Shown here in pieces: positions 59,679 to 64,000 of a DNA stretch of 64,000 bases. Every line of letters begins with the position of its first letter. Within the stretch, counting starts at the first letter, position 1. The stretch covers positions 256,001 to 320,000 of the forward strand of contig CAWBYW010000007.1 of assembly GCA_963792965.1 (NCBI GenBank). The letters run 5' to 3'. Source of the DNA: an uncultured delta proteobacterium (GTDB taxonomy: Bacteria; Desulfobacterota; Zymogenia; Zymogenales; Zymogenaceae). A model generated the notes under the pieces. It ran no database searches and was not told the DNA's origin. It saw nothing but the letters and a program-made list of their open reading frames with translations. Made by a program: the position numbers and the translations under genes.

Positions 59679-61166
59679 ATGACCAGGAACTTCAAAATCG
59701 ATCTCAACCCGATCTTCTACCCGGAAAGCGTAGCGATTATCGGCGCCAGCAACAATTTTTCCAAGTGGGGCTCATACGTGATGTCTCATATGTTGTCGGG
59801 AGGATTCTTGGGTAAGGTCTTCCCCATCAACCCTAAAGAAAAAGAGATCTACGGCAGAAAGGTCTATACCAAGATCGCCGCAGTGCCCGACAGGGTGGAT
59901 CTTGCCGTCGTCACGACTCCCGCAAACACCGTCACCGACGTGGTGAGGCAGTGCGTAGAAAAAAAAGTCAGGGGACTGGTGGTCATCACGTCCGGTTTCT
60001 CCGAGACCGGCCCTGACGGAAAGCAGCTTGAGCAGGATTTGGTAAAACTCGCCGAGTCCGCCCAGATTCCTATGGTCGGCCCTAACACGATGGGGCTCAT
60101 GTGTACGCAAAAAAAGCTCTTCGCCCTCGGTGCTCCGCTCTACCCGAAGCGAGGCGACATCTCATTCATCTCCCAGAGCGGTAACCTCGGCAACCAGATG
60201 CTCGAGTGGGCCGAGGAACACAGCATCGGGATGAGCAAATTCGTCGGGTCGGGAAACGAGGCCGTCATCAGAAAGGATCACTACCTCGAGTACCTCGCAA
60301 ACGATCCGGATACAAGGGTCATCCTGGTCTACCTTGAGGGAATCGCGGAAGGGCACCGTTTTCTCGAAGTCGCCGAAAGGACCACGACGAAGAAACCGAT
60401 CATCGCCCTCAAAGGCGGCCGGACCGAGGCCGGCGGCGAGGCGGCCCGCTCACATACCGGCTCGATGGCCGGCAACAGCGTGATATTTACCTCGGCCTTC
60501 AAGCAGATGGGGATCATCGAGGCCAAGAACCCCACCGACATGCTCGACTACTCGATGGCTATGGCCAACCTCCCTCTCCCCAAGGGAGACCGCGTCGGCA
60601 TCATCACCTTCGGCGGAGGCTGGGGGGTCGTTACAAGCGACGCGATCGTGGAGCAGGGCATGCGCGTCGCAAAACTCGGCCCCGACGTCATCGAAAAACT
60701 CGATAAGGTGTTGCCGCCATTCTGGAGCAGAAGAAACCCGGTGGACCTGGTTGGACAGATCAACCCCGAGGCCTTCATCGAATCGGTCAAGCTCGTCACC
60801 GCTTCCCCGGACGTGGACGCCGTCATCTGTCTGGGGATCGTCGGTGTTTCCACCCTGGGGCTTCGATCGTTCACCGCCTCGGCCTCCGCCGCCGATCTTG
60901 ACAACATTGAATATGCCGTCAGAAAAGCGCGCGATAAGCTCTTTGTTATCGAGCGGGGGTTCCTCAATGAGGTCAACGATATCATGAATGAAACTCATAA
61001 GCCCGTCATCAACGTATCGCTCTACGCGGGCGGCGCCCGGGAGCGTTTCCAGTCACGGACCGGCTATTCGGAAGTGGTCTATACCACCCCCGAAAAAGCG
61101 GTCGAGTCGCTTGTGTCGATGTACCACTATTATCTGCATCTGAAGGGTCACGGCCTGGCTGAATAG
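59679..61166 (+). CDS. ADP-forming acyl/acetate-CoA ligase alpha subunit
   Basis: PESVAIIGAS, ITSGFSE, GPNTMG, ISQSG, SGNE, YLEG, AARSHTGS, NPVD; ATG 59679 after AAGGAG. Confidence 0.9.
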   Translation: MTRNFKIDLNPIFYPESVAIIGASNNFSKWGSYVMSHMLSGGFLGKVFPINPKEKEIYGRKVYTKIAAVPDRVDLAVVTTPANTVTDVVRQCVEKKVRGLVVITSGFSETGPDGKQLEQDLVKLAESAQIPMVGPNTMGLMCTQKKLFALGAPLYPKRGDISFISQSGNLGNQMLEWAEEHSIGMSKFVGSGNEAVIRKDHYLEYLANDPDTRVILVYLEGIAEGHRFLEVAERTTTKKPIIALKGGRTEAGGEAARSHTGSMAGNSVIFTSAFKQMGIIEAKNPTDMLDYSMAMANLPLPKGDRVGIITFGGGWGVVTSDAIVEQGMRVAKLGPDVIEKLDKVLPPFWSRRNPVDLVGQINPEAFIESVKLVTASPDVDAVICLGIVGVSTLGLRSFTASASAADLDNIEYAVRKARDKLFVIERGFLNEVNDIMNETHKPVINVSLYAGGARERFQSRTGYSEVVYTTPEKAVESLVSMYHYYLHLKGHGLAE

Positions 61167-61337
61167 CCGACAGGTGAGATGCCACCAAGATGAATCATTG
61201 CATATATGCGCGTCTGCTACAATACCCGGACGCCTATTTGTATGAAGCATCGATCTGTTGACACGTACGACCCGTTTCGCCGATCCTCTAAAAAGGGCAG
61301 GTTTCGGCACGGTCGTTGGGCATTATCGGCAGCAACG

Positions 61338-61369
61338 AAAAAAGGAAGGGACCGTCCCTTCCTTTCTTT
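61338..61369. terminator. Likely bidirectional terminator
   Basis: AAAGGAAGGGA-CCG-TCCCTTCCTTT flanked by A and T runs, between the convergent ligase and tRNA-Ala. Confidence 0.75.
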
Positions 61370-61378
61370 GTTGTATAC

Positions 61379-61454
61379 TGGTGGAGATGATGGGACTCGA
61401 ACCCACGACCTCAGCGTTGCGAACGCCGCGCTCTCCCAGCTGAGCTACATCCCC
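61379..61454 (-). tRNA. tRNA-Ala(CGC)
   Basis: GGGGATG..CGGCG-TTCGCAA-CGCTG..GGTTCGAGTCC..CATCTCCACCA; G3-U70 pair. Confidence 0.96.
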
Positions 61455-61520
61455 ACCGCGCTTTCTTGTAACATCAATGGTGCGTCTTGTCAACACTTTG
61501 TTTTATGGGCCCCGGGTCGG

Positions 61521-62090
61521 CTACCTGATCTTCTCCAAATCACCCAGCAGGGCCCCCGTCTCAAACCAGAGGCGAGACATCCCGATCGTGAGGCCTAAGA
61601 ACCTCGTCTGAATCAACTCGAAGATGATCCCTCCAACTTTTGCGGTGTCAAGGTATGCATAGTCGGTTACCGAGCCGCCCGCTTTGCCGGTGCTCTCGAT
61701 AAACCCCGACTGCAGGACGCCGATGCCGAGCTCTCGTGCAGCCGCAAGCCTCGTGTCAATATCCGACACGTAAAAGCCAAGGTGGTGCAGTCCCTCCCCG
61801 TGGCGATCGAGGTGATCGAGATAAAAGCTTCGATCACCTCCCCGCGGATGGATCAACTCATACTGGATATCGCCCGAAAAGGCCATGACGATATCGAGGT
61901 CGATTGTGATCGGCCGGACTCCCTTGTCCCGGTGTTGGACGTTTGAGACGTGGGGACGAAACCACGGTCCGATGCCGAAGGTTCCTGAGAAGTGGGAGAC
62001 GGCACGGTCCATGTCGGCCACCACGATCCCGATCTGACGGACCTTTGGAAGCCTCAGGCGACCGGCAAGCTCTCGATCGGCTCTGTCCAT
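61521..62090 (-). CDS. VOC/glyoxalase-family protein (methylmalonyl-CoA epimerase-like)
   Basis: QIGIVVAD, GIGPW, QYELIHP, GEGLHHLGF, YAYLDT..GGIIFELI. Confidence 0.85.
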   Translation of the reverse strand: MDRADRELAGRLRLPKVRQIGIVVADMDRAVSHFSGTFGIGPWFRPHVSNVQHRDKGVRPITIDLDIVMAFSGDIQYELIHPRGGDRSFYLDHLDRHGEGLHHLGFYVSDIDTRLAAARELGIGVLQSGFIESTGKAGGSVTDYAYLDTAKVGGIIFELIQTRFLGLTIGMSRLWFETGALLGDLEKIR

Positions 62091-62121
62091 ACGTCCCTCC
62101 CGGCCGGTTACCCGGCACGGA

Positions 62122-62541
62122 TCAGCCTTCGAAGTTAAAATAGGGCCGGGCCCCGTCTCCCGCCGAGTATTTATCGCCCGGGAAGACTTTCGACCCGAGC
62201 TTCCCCATGGCAACCCGCCTGCCGATGATATCCATCGTTACAAGCGCGGGATCGACGGTCATCAGATTTCCCATGATCCATGGGCCCTCTTCGAGCTCCA
62301 CGAGCACGATCGTGTAGGGGGCCTCGCACTCCCGGCCCTGGGCCGCCACAAAGTTGGTGGTGAAGGTCTTGATCGTCCCTTTCCCCGAAAGCTCGGTGAT
62401 CTCAAAGTCAGTGCCGGTACACTTCGGGCAGACCATCCTCGGGGGCGCCGTTATCGTCGCGCATTTCTTGCACTTCAGCCCCATGAGCTTGTTTTTCTTG
62501 AGGGCCTTGTTGTAGGTATCGAATGTCAGCTGATATTCCAT
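62122..62541 (-). CDS. DUF35 Zn-ribbon/OB-fold protein
   Basis: CKKC...PPRMVCPKC, SGKG, PY..LVELEEG. Confidence 0.9.
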   Translation of the reverse strand: MEYQLTFDTYNKALKKNKLMGLKCKKCATITAPPRMVCPKCTGTDFEITELSGKGTIKTFTTNFVAAQGRECEAPYTIVLVELEEGPWIMGNLMTVDPALVTMDIIGRRVAMGKLGSKVFPGDKYSAGDGARPYFNFEG

Positions 62542-62542
62542 C

Positions 62543-63721
62543 TTACCACCCCCTCTTCAAGATGATGTTGACGAGTGTCCCGCCGTCCCCGCCAAGGGTA
62601 TCGGTCATGCCGATCTTTGCGTCGGGAACCTGACGCTCAGGCTCCACCTCTTCCCGGAGCTGTCTGAAGACCTCCCACACCTGGGCGGCCCCGGTCGCCC
62701 CGATCGGGTGTCCCCTCGCCTTCAGGCCGCCGGACGGGTTTATCGCTACCTTCCCACCGATGTCCGCCTGGCCTTTCATCCACGCCTCGCCCGATTTTCC
62801 GTACTCAAAGAAGCCGAGGCTCTCCGCGGAGATCAGGCTCGCGATGGAGAAGCAGTCGTGGAGCTCGCAGAGGTCCACGTCCTTCGGGCCGACATGCGCC
62901 ATGTCGTAGGCTTGTTTTACCGAAAGCTCGCGCGATCGAATCCGGGGAAGATAATCACCCTGGCTGTGAAGGGGGCCCGCCGACGCCTGGCCGACGCCGA
63001 TGATCTGAACGGGCCTATCCGTCATCTTTTTTACGACGTCCTCCGACACCAGGACGAGCGCGGCGGCGCCGTCGGAGAACGGGCAGCAGTCGTGAAGCGT
63101 CAGAGGTGTGGAGACCATAAATGCATTGAGGATCTGCTCCACCGTGACCTCTTTCTTCATCTGGGCGTACTGGTTATGGACCCCGTGTCTGTAGGACTGG
63201 ACGGAGACGGTCGCCAGTTCCTCCCTGACCTTCGGCAGTGCCTTATTGTAAGTCTTGGCATAGAGGTGGGCGAGCATCGCGAAGACCGCGGGGAAGGTCA
63301 ACCCGCTCGGGAACTCATAGCGGCCGTCGGAGGCCATCGCGAAGGTTCTGGTTGCCAGCGGCGTTCCGAGCGAAGCCGCCCGCTCAACTCCCCCGACCAG
63401 AACGATATCATAGAACCCCGAAGCAACCCACATAAAGGCGTCACGGACGGCCACCGACGCCGACGCACAGGCACCCTCATACCTGATGGCCGGCACACCG
63501 GCGCAGCCGATATTCTCCGCGATAAACGCCTGCACCATCGCCTGCCCCTCGGAGAAATCGCCAAGGACATTACCGATGAAGAGGGCCTGGATATCCTTGG
63601 GTTTGACATGGGCCGCTTCCATCGCCTCCATTGCCGCCGTCGAAAAGAGCTCAACCTGGGTTCTTTCCTGCGCGCCGGTGAAGTTCGTCTGAGAACCGCC
63701 AACCACGAAAACCTTTTTCAC
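62543..63721 (-). CDS. SCP2/SCP-x-type thiolase
   Basis: EGACASA, DCCPFSDGAAA, ELHDCF, INPSGGLKARGHPIGATG. Confidence 0.9.
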   Translation of the reverse strand: MKKVFVVGGSQTNFTGAQERTQVELFSTAAMEAMEAAHVKPKDIQALFIGNVLGDFSEGQAMVQAFIAENIGCAGVPAIRYEGACASASVAVRDAFMWVASGFYDIVLVGGVERAASLGTPLATRTFAMASDGRYEFPSGLTFPAVFAMLAHLYAKTYNKALPKVREELATVSVQSYRHGVHNQYAQMKKEVTVEQILNAFMVSTPLTLHDCCPFSDGAAALVLVSEDVVKKMTDRPVQIIGVGQASAGPLHSQGDYLPRIRSRELSVKQAYDMAHVGPKDVDLCELHDCFSIASLISAESLGFFEYGKSGEAWMKGQADIGGKVAINPSGGLKARGHPIGATGAAQVWEVFRQLREEVEPERQVPDAKIGMTDTLGGDGGTLVNIILKRGW

Positions 63722-64000
63722 GTCTGTCTCTCCTTTCTTTCGTATCGAACTGAGTGATTACCAACAATAAACAGTATAAGATACAGCAAGATACCCGTTT
63801 TGTACAGAAATTCGTGAATATACGCAACAAAAAAAGAACGCCGTTAGACGGATAACTTCCTCGCGTGGTTACCCGCCCGACAATGAGATGAGCTTAACAT
63901 CTGAACGTAGAACTATTTAAATTTTTTTAAAATATCTTGACAGGATATAAAGAAAGATGATATATATAATTTAGAATATTCTATAGTTCTTTTGAGGGTG

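Noticed and set aside
63850-64000. AT-rich end with TTGACA and the palindrome TAGAATATTCTA
   Set aside because: Probably the regulatory region of a gene beyond the window; -10 spacing is ambiguous, so it cannot be assigned

Overview
GC-rich chromosome segment from an anaerobic bacterium, most likely a deltaproteobacterium (Desulfobacterota-like); this is inferred from mglBA, the por/vor/ior oxidoreductases, the corrinoid genes and selenocysteine use. The core content is recR-ybaB-dnaX-ffs, tadA, xerD, amiC, purMN, ffh-rpsP-khpA-rimM-trmD-rplS-rnhB-yraN and five tRNAs. No CRISPR array, prophage or transposase was seen. Four items stand out. (1) A TetR-headed tandem duplication of a CrtI-like flavoprotein plus a conserved 49-aa membrane microprotein, which the ORF track does not call correctly. 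(2) A putative lipid-tailoring operon: a ceramide-synthase-like GNAT, two B12 radical SAM enzymes and an ICMT/PEMT-type methyltransferase. (3) A PorCDAB operon running into a HydCBA/NuoEFG-like module with bifurcation signatures and an NADP-type substitution. (4) A missed UXX-star selenoprotein with two UGA codons and two SECIS hairpins. At least seven apparent +1 frameshifts, including dnaX and rnhB, look like assembly errors. All calls come from reading motifs by eye; no database search was run.
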